Below are positions 31,864-40,626 of a DNA stretch of 64,000 nt, one piece after another. The DNA comes from Steroidobacteraceae bacterium. GTDB taxonomy: Bacteria; Pseudomonadota; Gammaproteobacteria; Steroidobacterales; Steroidobacteraceae. The position numbers and the translations under genes are program-made. Below the pieces are notes generated by a model that saw only the letters and a list, made by a program, of their open reading frames with translations, made no database searches and was not told where the DNA came from. The DNA lies in contig JBGAHO010000013.1 of assembly GCA_044226195.1 (NCBI GenBank), forward strand, positions 16,465 to 80,464, given 5' to 3'. Each line of letters begins with the position of its first letter. Within the stretch, counting starts at the first letter, position 1.

Positions 31864-32832
31864 TCAGTGACGGTTCAGCCACACCTCGAGGCCCGAGGTG
31901 TTGAGGCGCACGTCGTCGTCGAGCAGTGCGTGGCGGCGCGCGAGGTCGCCGGTGTAGCCGTGCGCATCGAGACGGGTGCTGAACCAGCGGAACATGTCCT
32001 CGGCGATGCGCTGGCTGCGCTGCGGCGCGTGCGCGTGGCGGCGCGCGATGCGCACCAGCTCGACGATGTTCGCATGCAGGTCGCGGCCGAGGCGTTCGAT
32101 CTGGTCGACGGGCCCGAAGTGGGTCTGGAAGATGCGGCGCGGGCCGTAGGCGATCAGGCGATCGATCGTGTGGTGCATCGCGTCGGGATCGAACTGCACG
32201 GGCGTGGTCGTCGGCAGCATGAAGGGGCCGGCCGCGGTGTCGAACTCGCGGTAGCAGATGCCGAAGTTGTCGCCGCTGTAGATCTCGCGCGAGTCGAGGT
32301 CGATCGGGCAGTGGTGGTGCTTGGCGTGGCCCGGCGCATCGATGAACTCGAAGGTCCGGCGGCCGAGCGTGAGGCGCATGCCGTCTTCGACCGTGTGCAC
32401 GCGCTCCGCCGGGATCGGGAGCAATTCGCCGTACAGTCGCTGGAACATCGCCTCGCCGTAGACCTCGATCGAGCCCGCGATCAGCTTCGCCGGGTCGACG
32501 AGGTGCGGCGCGCCGCGCGGGTGCAGGACCGCGCGGGCATTCGGCAAGGCCTGCATGAGCTGGCCGGCGCCACCGGCGTGATCGAGATGGACGTGCGTGA
32601 GGAACAGGTAGTCGACCTGCTCGCGGGCGAGGCCGAGTTCCTCGAGGGCTGCGAGCAGGCGCGGCGCCGCGAGCCCCGAGCCGGTGTCGACGAACGCCGC
32701 ACGACCGCTGTCCACCACGAGATGGGCGGCCGCGAGGCCGGGGCGCACGTGATGCGTGTCGATGAGGTACACCCCGTTGCCGAGCGGCTGGGCGAGGGTC
32801 TCGCCGGAGGCGGGGGTCGGTGCGGCGCTCAT
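31864..32832 (-). CDS. MBL-fold metallo-hydrolase
   Basis: ORF 322 aa with THVHLDHAGG (the HxHxDH motif). Confidence 0.8.
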   Translation of the reverse strand: MSAAPTPASGETLAQPLGNGVYLIDTHHVRPGLAAAHLVVDSGRAAFVDTGSGLAAPRLLAALEELGLAREQVDYLFLTHVHLDHAGGAGQLMQALPNARAVLHPRGAPHLVDPAKLIAGSIEVYGEAMFQRLYGELLPIPAERVHTVEDGMRLTLGRRTFEFIDAPGHAKHHHCPIDLDSREIYSGDNFGICYREFDTAAGPFMLPTTTPVQFDPDAMHHTIDRLIAYGPRRIFQTHFGPVDQIERLGRDLHANIVELVRIARRHAHAPQRSQRIAEDMFRWFSTRLDAHGYTGDLARRHALLDDDVRLNTSGLEVWLNRH

Positions 32833-32892
32833 GCGGTGCGGGTCCGTGGCGGTCAGCGTTTGGGGCCGCCTAGGTTGCGGTTGCCGACGCCC

Positions 32893-32925
32893 GAAAACAA
32901 GAAGGCCGGGTCGAACCCGGCCTTC
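32893..32925 (-). terminator. Rho-independent terminator after cytochrome c4
   Basis: Minus strand reads GAAGGCCGGGT-TCG-ACCCGGCCTTC followed by TTGTTTTCGGG. Confidence 0.75.
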
Positions 32926-32950
32926 CTGGCATGAGCAGATGCCGTCGCGG

Positions 32951-33580
32951 TCAGAGGCCGGCGCACTTGCCCAGCTTGCGGATCTCGTCGGTCGCGCAGA
33001 GGCTCGGGCGCTGGCTCGAGTAGTACTTGGCGAGCTCGTTGATGTCCTGCTCGGTCAGGTTCGCCGCCATGCCGGACATGATCGGGTTCTTGCGCACGCC
33101 GCTCTTGTAGTTGTGCAGCGCCTGCTTGATGTAGTCCTCGTGCTGGCCGGCGAGGTTCGGATACTCGGGCAGCAGGCCGACGCCGTCCGGACCGTGGCAG
33201 GCGACGCAGGTCTGGCCGGCCTTCGGCGCCGTGCCGACCGCGCGACCGGTCGACTTCAGGCTCTGGCCCGTCAGGTACGTGGTGATGTCGTCCATGTCCT
33301 GCGGCGACATCGTCACGGCATGCGCGTGCATGGTCGCGTGATTGCGGTCGAGGCTCGCGTATTCCTTGAGCGCGTTGACCAGGTACAACGGATGCTGGCC
33401 ACCCAGCTTCGGCACGCTGTAGATCGGATACGCATTCTTGTAGTTCGGGATGCCGTGGCAGCCGTGGCAGGTGTAGGCGAGCTTGGCGCCACGCGAGGCG
33501 TCGCCCGCGGTGGCGAGGCCCGGGGCGGCGAGGGCCGCGAGGGTCAGGCTCACTGCGAGCCAGGCCGTTCTCAACGTCAT
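32951..33580 (-). CDS. Dihaem cytochrome c4
   Basis: Inside ORF 32951..33622. ATG at 33580 with a GGAG RBS gives a signal peptide MTLRTAWLAVSLTLAALAAPGLATA. Two CxxCH sites (CHGCH, CVACH). Confidence 0.88.
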   Translation of the reverse strand: MTLRTAWLAVSLTLAALAAPGLATAGDASRGAKLAYTCHGCHGIPNYKNAYPIYSVPKLGGQHPLYLVNALKEYASLDRNHATMHAHAVTMSPQDMDDITTYLTGQSLKSTGRAVGTAPKAGQTCVACHGPDGVGLLPEYPNLAGQHEDYIKQALHNYKSGVRKNPIMSGMAANLTEQDINELAKYYSSQRPSLCATDEIRKLGKCAGL

Positions 33581-33747
33581 TGCGTACTCCGTCCAGGTCT
33601 GTCCCGGCCGACGGGCGGCCAAGGGTCCGGCATGGTAATCAAAAGCGTTTCTGGAGTCGAATGGGTCCGGATCACGATCCCGGCGACACCGGCGATTGGC
33701 TTAGACTGAGGCCGACGGACCGACTCCACTTCGCCACGAGGACGACC

Positions 33748-34476
33748 ATGATCCACCTGCGTGCTTTCTGCCTGGCCGGCCTGCTCGCGCTGACGGCAAT
33801 GTCCGGACAGGCGCGTGCCGACACCCCCACGCCGCGGACCGTGAGCGTCTCCGGCACGGGCGAGGTGTCGGCGTCACCTGACCTCGCCCGGGTCAGCCTC
33901 GGCATCGAGTCACGCAAGCCGACGATGGCCGAGGCACGCAGCGAGGTGTCCGCGACGGTCGATCGCGTGCTGGCGCTGACCCGGTCGATGAAGATCGACC
34001 CGAAGTTCGTGAACTCGACGCGCCTGCAGGTGCAGCCGCTGTACGAGTGGGACGAGAAGAACCGGCGGCAGCTGCTGCAGGGCTACCTCGTGAGCCGGCA
34101 GGTGGAGGTCGAGCTGCGCGACCTCGACCAGCTCGGCACGTTGCTCGAGAAGGCGGTGGATGCGGGTGTGAACCAGGTGGGCGATCCGCAGCTCGACTCG
34201 ACGCGACGCAAGAGCCTCGAGCGCGAGGCCATGGCGAAGGCGGTCGACGATGCCCGGCTGAACGCGGAGGCGCTGGCCGGCGCCGCAGGCGCAAAGCTCG
34301 GGGCCGTGCGCACGCTCAATGGCCAGGCCAACTCGATGCCCGTGCCCATGTACCGTCGGGATGCGATGGTCGCGATGGCCGCCGCCCCGGCCCCGCCGGC
34401 CGAGACCTACCAGGCCGCGGACATGAAATTCAGCGCCACCGTGAGTGCCGAATACGACCTGATCGTCGGACCTTGA
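33748..34476 (+). CDS. SIMPL / DUF541 periplasmic protein
   Basis: Inside ORF 33580..34476. ATG at 33748 with a GAGGA RBS gives a signal peptide MIHLRAFCLAGLLALTAMSGQARA, then TVSVSGTGEVSASPDLARVSLGIE, typical of the SIMPL family. Confidence 0.75.
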   Translation: MIHLRAFCLAGLLALTAMSGQARADTPTPRTVSVSGTGEVSASPDLARVSLGIESRKPTMAEARSEVSATVDRVLALTRSMKIDPKFVNSTRLQVQPLYEWDEKNRRQLLQGYLVSRQVEVELRDLDQLGTLLEKAVDAGVNQVGDPQLDSTRRKSLEREAMAKAVDDARLNAEALAGAAGAKLGAVRTLNGQANSMPVPMYRRDAMVAMAAAPAPPAETYQAADMKFSATVSAEYDLIVGP

Positions 34477-34492
34477 TTGACTGATTTTTCTG

Positions 34493-34532
34493 ATGAATCG
34501 GCTGAATAAGTCAGCCGATTCATTGGTTTGTT
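34493..34532 (+). terminator. Rho-independent terminator after the SIMPL gene
   Basis: ATGAATCGGCTGA-ATAAG-TCAGCCGATTCAT is a 13-bp perfect stem (34493-34523), followed by TGGTTTGTT. Confidence 0.75.
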
Positions 34533-34540
34533 AGGAAGAT

Positions 34541-34589
34541 AGTGACATTCCTCTTTTTCGGCAGACGCCAAAAAAACAGGAATGTCCCC
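34541..34589. repeat. REPIN-like inverted repeat, copy 3 (slightly degenerate arms, 11-nt loop)
   Basis: AGTGACATTCCTCTTTTT, cggcagacgcc, AAAAAAACAGGAATGTCCCC. The loop is nearly identical to that of copy 1. Confidence 0.85.
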
Positions 34590-34876
34590 TAGCTGGGCAG
34601 GCGGTCGACGATGAGGGTGCTGCCGTCGACGCCGGTCACGCGCACGCGCGCACCGGCCGGCACGTTCGGTCCACGCAGGCGCCACTGGCGGGTGCCGAGC
34701 TTCGCGCGGCCGAGGCCGTCCTCGATCCCGTCGGACAGGGTCAGGACCTGCCCGATGTAGCGCTCGCCGGCCCGGTGCGGAGCCATCGGGCTCTCCAGGT
34801 CGGCACGTTGGACACGGTATTCGCGCCAGAACCAGAGGGCGAACACCGTTACTGCAAAGACGACAAACCAGGTCAT
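34589..34876 (-). CDS. NfeD-family small membrane protein (OB-fold C-terminal domain)
   Basis: ORF 95 aa. One N-terminal TM helix, then IGQVLTLSDGIEDGLGRAKLGTRQWRLRG...GARVRVTGVDGSTLIV. Confidence 0.6.
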   Translation of the reverse strand: MTWFVVFAVTVFALWFWREYRVQRADLESPMAPHRAGERYIGQVLTLSDGIEDGLGRAKLGTRQWRLRGPNVPAGARVRVTGVDGSTLIVDRLPS

Positions 34877-34972
34877 GTGGGTACTGCGCTCGGAGTTCGC
34901 TTATGTTGCCAAGGGCGCGCCACGGGACTCAATCGTGGCCCGCCACCGGTTCCGAAATCTGTGACCGGCGGC

Positions 34973-36631
34973 TCAGGTCGCCGGGGCGAAGCGCAGGTCC
35001 TTGCTGTACTGGATGTTCATCACGTTGTCGGTCCAGCCGAGCACGTCGGGTTTGACGAGGTGCTTGTTGACGTAGAAGTAGATCGGCAGCAGCGGCGTGT
35101 CGCCCAGCATGGTGCGTTCGGCTTCCTCGAGCAGCGCGCGGCGCTTGACCGGGTCGGCCTGCCGCACGGCCTCGGCGAGCAATGCGTCGTAGCGCGGGTT
35201 CGCGTAGCCCGTGAGGTTGATGCCGAACCGGCTCTGCAGCAGCTGCGCGAAGCTGTAGGCATCGTTGAAGTCGCCGACCCAGCTCGAGCGGAACACCTGC
35301 GTATCCTTCTTCGCCTGCATGCTCTGCAGCAGAGCGCGGAATTCCTCGGCATAGAGCGAGGTCTCGACGCCGAGCTGCTCCTTCCACATCGCCGCGATCG
35401 CCACCGCCAGGCGGTTGTGCACCTCGCCGGTGTTGTAGCGCAGCTCGACCTTGAGCGGCCGCTCCGCCGAGTAGCCGGCCTTGCGATACAGCTCGCGCGC
35501 CTGTTTCACGCGCTCCTCGTAGGGCCACTTCGCGTAATCGAATGCCTGCGGCGTGTAGTTGGCGACGCCCGGCGGTACCCAGCTGTACGCCGGCGCCTCG
35601 CCGACCCCCGTCACGGCCGTCACGAGTTTCTCGCGATCGATCACCATCGACAGCGCGCGGCGCAGGTCGGCGTTGCCCTGGAACGGCGGACGCGTCAGGT
35701 TGAAACCGTAGTAATAGACGGAGAGCTGGGGTGAGACGTGCAGCTCGGCCCCGAGGTGCTGCCGGATCCACTGGAACTGCGGCGGCGGCACGACGTAGGT
35801 GACGTCGACCTGTCCGGCGCGGTACTGGCGGAACTCGTCGCCGGGATCGGCCACGTGCAGGAACTCCACGCGCTCGATGTGCGTGTGCGCGTCGTCGCGG
35901 TAGTGGCGGTTGCGGTGGAGCACGATCTTCGAACCGACCACCCAGTCCTCGAGCACGTACGCGCCGTTCGACACCAGCTTGCCCGGCTTCGCGTACTGCG
36001 CGCCGTTCGCCGCGAGCGACGGCCCGTGCACCGGGAACGTCGGCGGCTGCGCGACGAGCCCGACGAGATACGGCGCCGGGTCTTCGAGCCGGATGACGAC
36101 CGTGCGATCGTCCGGCGCGCTGACGCCGAGTTCCTCCGGCGCCTTCTCGCCCTTGGTGATCGCCGTGGCGTTCAGCACCGGCTCGATGAACTGTGCGTAC
36201 GGCGAAGCGGTGGCCGGCGTCACGAGTCGGCGCATGCCCGCGACGTAATCCGCCGCCTTGAGCGGATCGCCGTTGGACCACTGCAGCCCGGCGCGCAGGT
36301 GGAAGGTGTACACGAGCCCGTCGGGCGACACGTCCCAGGACTCGGCGGCCGCGGGCACGGGCAGCCCGTCGGCACCGACGGCCGTCAGGCCTTCGAACAG
36401 GTCCCGCAGGATGTTGAAGGAGCCGTCGGTGCGCGCGAGCTGCGGATCGACGGTGTCCGGCTCGGGCCCGTTGCCCCGTCGCAGGACCGTGCGCTCGACC
36501 GCGGCGGCGCCCGGTGCGGCGGCCTGCCCGGACGATGTGCCGTCGCGGTGACCGCAACCCACCAGCAGCAGCGCGCCGAGCGCGACGAGCGCGCTGCGCA
36601 AGGTGGCGCGACGGGTGACATCGGCAGCCAT
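34973..36631 (-). CDS. ABC transporter substrate-binding lipoprotein, family 5 (oligopeptide/dipeptide type)
   Basis: Inside ORF 34973..36670. ATG at 36631 with GGAGG 8 nt upstream. Lipobox LLLVGC. Typical family-5 SBP sequence. No cognate permease or ATPase genes adjacent. Confidence 0.82.
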   Translation of the reverse strand: MAADVTRRATLRSALVALGALLLVGCGHRDGTSSGQAAAPGAAAVERTVLRRGNGPEPDTVDPQLARTDGSFNILRDLFEGLTAVGADGLPVPAAAESWDVSPDGLVYTFHLRAGLQWSNGDPLKAADYVAGMRRLVTPATASPYAQFIEPVLNATAITKGEKAPEELGVSAPDDRTVVIRLEDPAPYLVGLVAQPPTFPVHGPSLAANGAQYAKPGKLVSNGAYVLEDWVVGSKIVLHRNRHYRDDAHTHIERVEFLHVADPGDEFRQYRAGQVDVTYVVPPPQFQWIRQHLGAELHVSPQLSVYYYGFNLTRPPFQGNADLRRALSMVIDREKLVTAVTGVGEAPAYSWVPPGVANYTPQAFDYAKWPYEERVKQARELYRKAGYSAERPLKVELRYNTGEVHNRLAVAIAAMWKEQLGVETSLYAEEFRALLQSMQAKKDTQVFRSSWVGDFNDAYSFAQLLQSRFGINLTGYANPRYDALLAEAVRQADPVKRRALLEEAERTMLGDTPLLPIYFYVNKHLVKPDVLGWTDNVMNIQYSKDLRFAPAT

Positions 36632-36635
36632 GGGT

Positions 36636-38467
36636 TCAGCCTCCGGGGACGGCGCGGGCGGCCGTCGCACGGTCCGCGAGTTCGTGGCGCTTGAGGTGGA
36701 TCAGCAGCAGGGACACGGCGGCAGGCGTGACGCCCGGGATGCGCGCCGCCTGGCCCAGCGTCGCGGGCCGGTGCTCGACGAGCCGCTGGCGCACCTCGTT
36801 CGACAGGCCCGACACCTGCGCATAGTCGAGCGCGTCGGGCAGTCGCGTGTCCTCGTGGCGCCGCTGCCGTCCTCGGCACTCGCGCCGATGAGCGCGGCCA
36901 GCGCCTCGTAGCTCACCTCGGGCCGGCGCAGCAGCTCGAAGCCGCGCTGCTCGCGGGTGAGGGCGAGGCCGAACTCCCGCTCGGCGCGTTCCGCCGTGTC
37001 GGTGCCGGGCCGCACCCACGCGTGGTGCAGGCGAGCGAGCTCCGTCTCGACGGCGGCCCGCTTGCGCTCGAACAGCGCCCAGCGCTCGTCGTCGACGAGG
37101 CCCAGCTCGCGACCGACCGGCGTGAGCCGCAGGTCGGCGTTGTCCTCGCGCAGCGTCAGGCGGTACTCGGCGCGGCTCGTGAACATGCGATAGGGCTCGG
37201 GCGCACCGCGGGTGATGAGGTCATCGACCAGCACGCCGAGGTACGCATCGCTGCGCTTCGGCCACCACGGCTCGCGGCCCTGCACGGCGAGCGCGGCATT
37301 GAGGCCCGCGAGCAGGCCCTGTGCCGCGGCCTCCTCGTAACCCGTCGTGCCGTTGATCTGTCCCGCGAAATACAGTCCCGCGAGGTGCTTCGTCTCGAGC
37401 GTCGGGCGCAAATCGCGCGGGTCGAAGAAGTCGTACTCGATCGCGTAGCCCGGTCGCGTGATGTGCGCGTGCTCGAAGCCGCGGATGCTGCGCACGAACG
37501 CGTACTGCACGTCGAAGGGCAGGCTGGTCGAAATGCCGTTCGGGTAGACCTCGTGCGTGTCGAGGCCTTCGGGTTCGATGAAGATCTGGTGCGAGGCCTT
37601 GTCGGCGAAGCGCACGACCTTGTCCTCGACGGACGGGCAGTAGCGCGGCCCCACGCCCTCGATCACGCCGGTGAACAGCGGCGAGCGATCGGTGCCCGCG
37701 CGGATCAGCTCGTGCGTGCGCTCGTTGGTCGAGGTGAGGTGGCAGACCACCTGGCGCGGGTGCTCGGCACGTCGCCCGAGGAACGAGAACACCGGCATCG
37801 GGTCGTCGCCCGGCTGCACCTGCAGTCCGGAGTAGTCGATGCTGCGGCCGTCGATGCGCGGCGGCGTGCCGGTCTTGAGACGGCCCACGCGCAGCGGCAG
37901 CTCGCGCAGCTTCTCGGCGAGTCGGTTCGACGGCGGATCGCCCGCGCGCCCGCCCGGGGACTGCTGCAGGCCGACGTGGATGCGGCCGCCGAGGAAGGTG
38001 CCGACCGTGAGCACCACCGCCGGCGCGTCGAACTCGAGGCCAACCGCCGTGGTGATGCCGACCACGCGCTCGCCCGCGAGTCGTACGTCGGCGACTTCCG
38101 CCTGGAACAGCACGAGGTTCGGCTGGCTCTCCAGCAGGCCGCGGATGGCGCGTCGATACAGCGCGCGGTCGGCCTGGGCACGTGTCGCCCGCACGGCCGG
38201 GCCCTTGCTCGCGTTGAGCGTGCGGAACTGGATGCCGGCGCGATCGGTCGCCCGCGCCATGGCGCCGCCGAGCGCGTCGATCTCGCGCACGAGGTGGCCC
38301 TTGCCGATGCCGCCGATCGCCGGGTTGCAGCTCATCTGGCCGAGCGCCTCGATGCTCTGCGTGACCAGCAGCGTGCGGCAGCCGCGCCGCGCCGAGGCGA
38401 GCGCCGCCTCGGTGCCGGCATGGCCGCCACCCACCACGATCACGTCGAAAGCCGCGGAAAAACGCAT
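36636..38467 (-). pseudogene. mnmG: tRNA uridine 5-carboxymethylaminomethyl modification enzyme MnmG (GidA) with an apparent frameshift/internal deletion near the 3' end
   Basis: ORF 36701..38467 starts [27 protein letters not shown] and is MnmG-like up to ...[22 protein letters not shown], then becomes Arg/Cys-rich. The conserved C-terminus [61 protein letters not shown] is in another frame (ORF 36636..37019). Identity is confident. Whether the disruption is biological is not. Confidence 0.7.
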
Positions 38468-38477
38468 GCGAACCCAC

Positions 38478-38846
38478 TCACCCGGGGTGGCGCATTGTAC
38501 TCGACACTTCCCGGTGGAACGCCGACAGCCGTCGCGCCGCGAAGCGCCGGGCCTGGCGTTCGTAGCGGTTGTGCCAGTACCCGTGGCGCCGCCACTCGGC
38601 GAGGTAGCGCCAGACGCTCAGCCGGCCGCGGTTCCACTGCCGCAGGACGTGGAAGTACTCGTGCAGCATCAGGGCCGGGTCGGCGAAGAAGTCCTCCGCG
38701 GACCCGCGCAGGTAGATGCGGTTGCGCCGGGTGGTGGCCGTGGCCCGGCCGTGCAGGCGCGCGAACCAGGATTGCTCGTGGATCTCGACGTCGTCCACGC
38801 TCGTGCCGAAGACGGCCGCGAGGGCCGCCCGCAGGTGCGACGGCAT
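38478..38846 (-). CDS. DUF4157-like small protein with HExxH motif
   Basis: Inside ORF 38478..39077. ATG at 38846 gives [71 protein letters not shown]. The pattern matches what I recall of the DUF4157 zincin-like domain. 122 aa. Confidence 0.55.
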   Translation of the reverse strand: MPSHLRAALAAVFGTSVDDVEIHEQSWFARLHGRATATTRRNRIYLRGSAEDFFADPALMLHEYFHVLRQWNRGRLSVWRYLAEWRRHGYWHNRYERQARRFAARRLSAFHREVSSTMRHPG

Positions 38847-38890
38847 GATGTCCCCGGTGCGGGCCACGACGAAGCCTGGTGGGCGGCGCG

Positions 38891-40486
38891 CTAGGCAGCC
38901 TCGGCCGGCGACCTGGCCGCAGCCTTGCGCGATGCCCGCGTGCCCTTCGCGCCCTTGGCCTTCGCCTTGGCCTTCGGCTTGCGGGCCCGACGGGCGGGTG
39001 CCGCGAGTCGCGCCGTTTCCGGCACCACGATCTCCGCCGCCGCGCGCTTCATCTCCTCGAAGGCCTCGGTCATGCACTCGGCGAAGAACGCCGGGTCGGG
39101 CAGCATCTCGCGACAGGAGATCGCGCAGATGCGCATCACGCCGGCGTAGCTGAAGCCGGTGACGTTGAGGCCCATGCCGTCGACCGCGATGCTGATCGGC
39201 ACGTACTTCACCAGCTGGGCGCCGGCCATGTAGAGCGGCACGTCGGGTCCGCGCACGTTCGAGACGATCAGCCCGACGCCGGGCAACTTCACGTTGCGCA
39301 GCAGCGTGTGCGAGACCACGTTCGGCAGGTTTTCGAGCAGGTCGCGCGCGAGTTCCTTGCCGAGCGCACCCGTGACTTCCTTCGAGGTGATGGCGCCTTC
39401 ATGGATGCGCCGCAGCCGGTCGATCGGATCGGCGATGTCCGTGTGCACGGTCATGGCCGTGAAGCCGACCTGGTTGCCGCGATCGCCGCCCTTGTCGGCG
39501 CCGCGCAGCGTCATCGGCACCATCGCGACCATGCTGGCGTCGGGCAGCTCCTGCTTCGCGCCGAGGTAGCGGCGCAGCGCACCGCCGACGACCGCGAGGA
39601 ACAGGTCGTTCACCGTGACGTCGCCGACCTGCTCGCGGATGGTCTTGAAGTCCGCAAGGGGCAGTTCGACCGCCTCGAACACGCGGTGCGACGAGACGTC
39701 GCCACTGAAGCGCGTGCTCGGCGGCAGGATCGACAGCAGCGGGCTCATGTCGCCCGACAGCAGCGCCTTCACGGTCTGCACGGCGGCCTCGCGGTTGGCC
39801 GAGAGCTGGCCGAACTTGCCGGCCCCGAGCGCGGCGACCTTGCGCGCGGTCTCGAGCGAGAATTTCGCGAGCGACGGCACCTTCTCGACGTTGTGCAGCA
39901 GTGCGCGCGAGTACAGCTCGACGCCGGTCGGGGTGCGGTCGGCCTTGAAGCGCGGCTCGACCTCGTCGTCCCCCAGGTTGAGCGGCTCGGGCGAGAGCGA
40001 GTGCAGCGCCTTCATCATCTCCGTGCCGGACTCGCCGTCGACGATCGAGTGATGGATCTTGAAGTAGAGCGCGAAGCTGCCGGGCGGCAGGCCCGGCACG
40101 CGGTTGAGGCCCTCGATCACGTAGGCCTCCCACAGCGGCTTGCTGCGATCGAGCGGCCGCGAGTGCAGGCGCGCGACCTGGATGCAGAGCTGGCGCCAGT
40201 CGCCCGGGTGCGGCACCGCGATGTGGCGCACGTGGAACTCGACGTCGATGGAATCGTCCTCGATCCAGTAGGGACGGTCGAGCGACAGCGGGATCTGCAC
40301 CAGTCGGCGGCGGAAGTGCGGGAACTCGGCGATGCGCGCCGTGAAGAAGCGCAGCACGTCCTTGAAGCGCACGCCGCCCCCCGGGGCCGTCGACGGGTCG
40401 TAGATCGCGAGCGACGCGACGTGCATGTGGTTATTGCCCTGCTCGAACTGCAGGAACATGGCGTCGGTGCCGGACAGCTGTTTCAT
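38891..40486 (-). CDS. Wax ester synthase / diacylglycerol O-acyltransferase (WS/DGAT)
   Basis: Inside ORF 38891..40636. ATG at 40486 with a GGGGGAG RBS gives MKQLSGTDAMFLQFEQGNNHMHV. Catalytic HHSIVDGESG (HHxxxDG). Lys/Ala-rich basic C-terminal tail. Confidence 0.88.
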   Translation of the reverse strand: MKQLSGTDAMFLQFEQGNNHMHVASLAIYDPSTAPGGGVRFKDVLRFFTARIAEFPHFRRRLVQIPLSLDRPYWIEDDSIDVEFHVRHIAVPHPGDWRQLCIQVARLHSRPLDRSKPLWEAYVIEGLNRVPGLPPGSFALYFKIHHSIVDGESGTEMMKALHSLSPEPLNLGDDEVEPRFKADRTPTGVELYSRALLHNVEKVPSLAKFSLETARKVAALGAGKFGQLSANREAAVQTVKALLSGDMSPLLSILPPSTRFSGDVSSHRVFEAVELPLADFKTIREQVGDVTVNDLFLAVVGGALRRYLGAKQELPDASMVAMVPMTLRGADKGGDRGNQVGFTAMTVHTDIADPIDRLRRIHEGAITSKEVTGALGKELARDLLENLPNVVSHTLLRNVKLPGVGLIVSNVRGPDVPLYMAGAQLVKYVPISIAVDGMGLNVTGFSYAGVMRICAISCREMLPDPAFFAECMTEAFEEMKRAAAEIVVPETARLAAPARRARKPKAKAKAKGAKGTRASRKAAARSPAEAA

Positions 40487-40626
40487 GCGGACTCCCCCGG
40501 GTTCCCTGGGCGGGTCAACGAGACTACTGCCCGTGCGCCGGGGCGTCCATCCCGGGCGACGGACCGCTCCGCCCGACCCGGCTCCCGACATATACTCCCG
40601 CCTTTTCCTGAGTCGGGGGATCACCC

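Noticed and set aside
12771-36635. The 24-kb block as a prophage or integrative element
   Set aside because: No integrase, recombinase, tRNA attachment site, phage genes or long flanking direct repeats are present. The content is ordinary metabolism.
36701-36870. Arg/Cys-rich tail of ORF 36701..38467 as the genuine MnmG C-terminus
   Set aside because: It has no resemblance to MnmG, while the authentic conserved C-terminus is readable in another frame over the same DNA.
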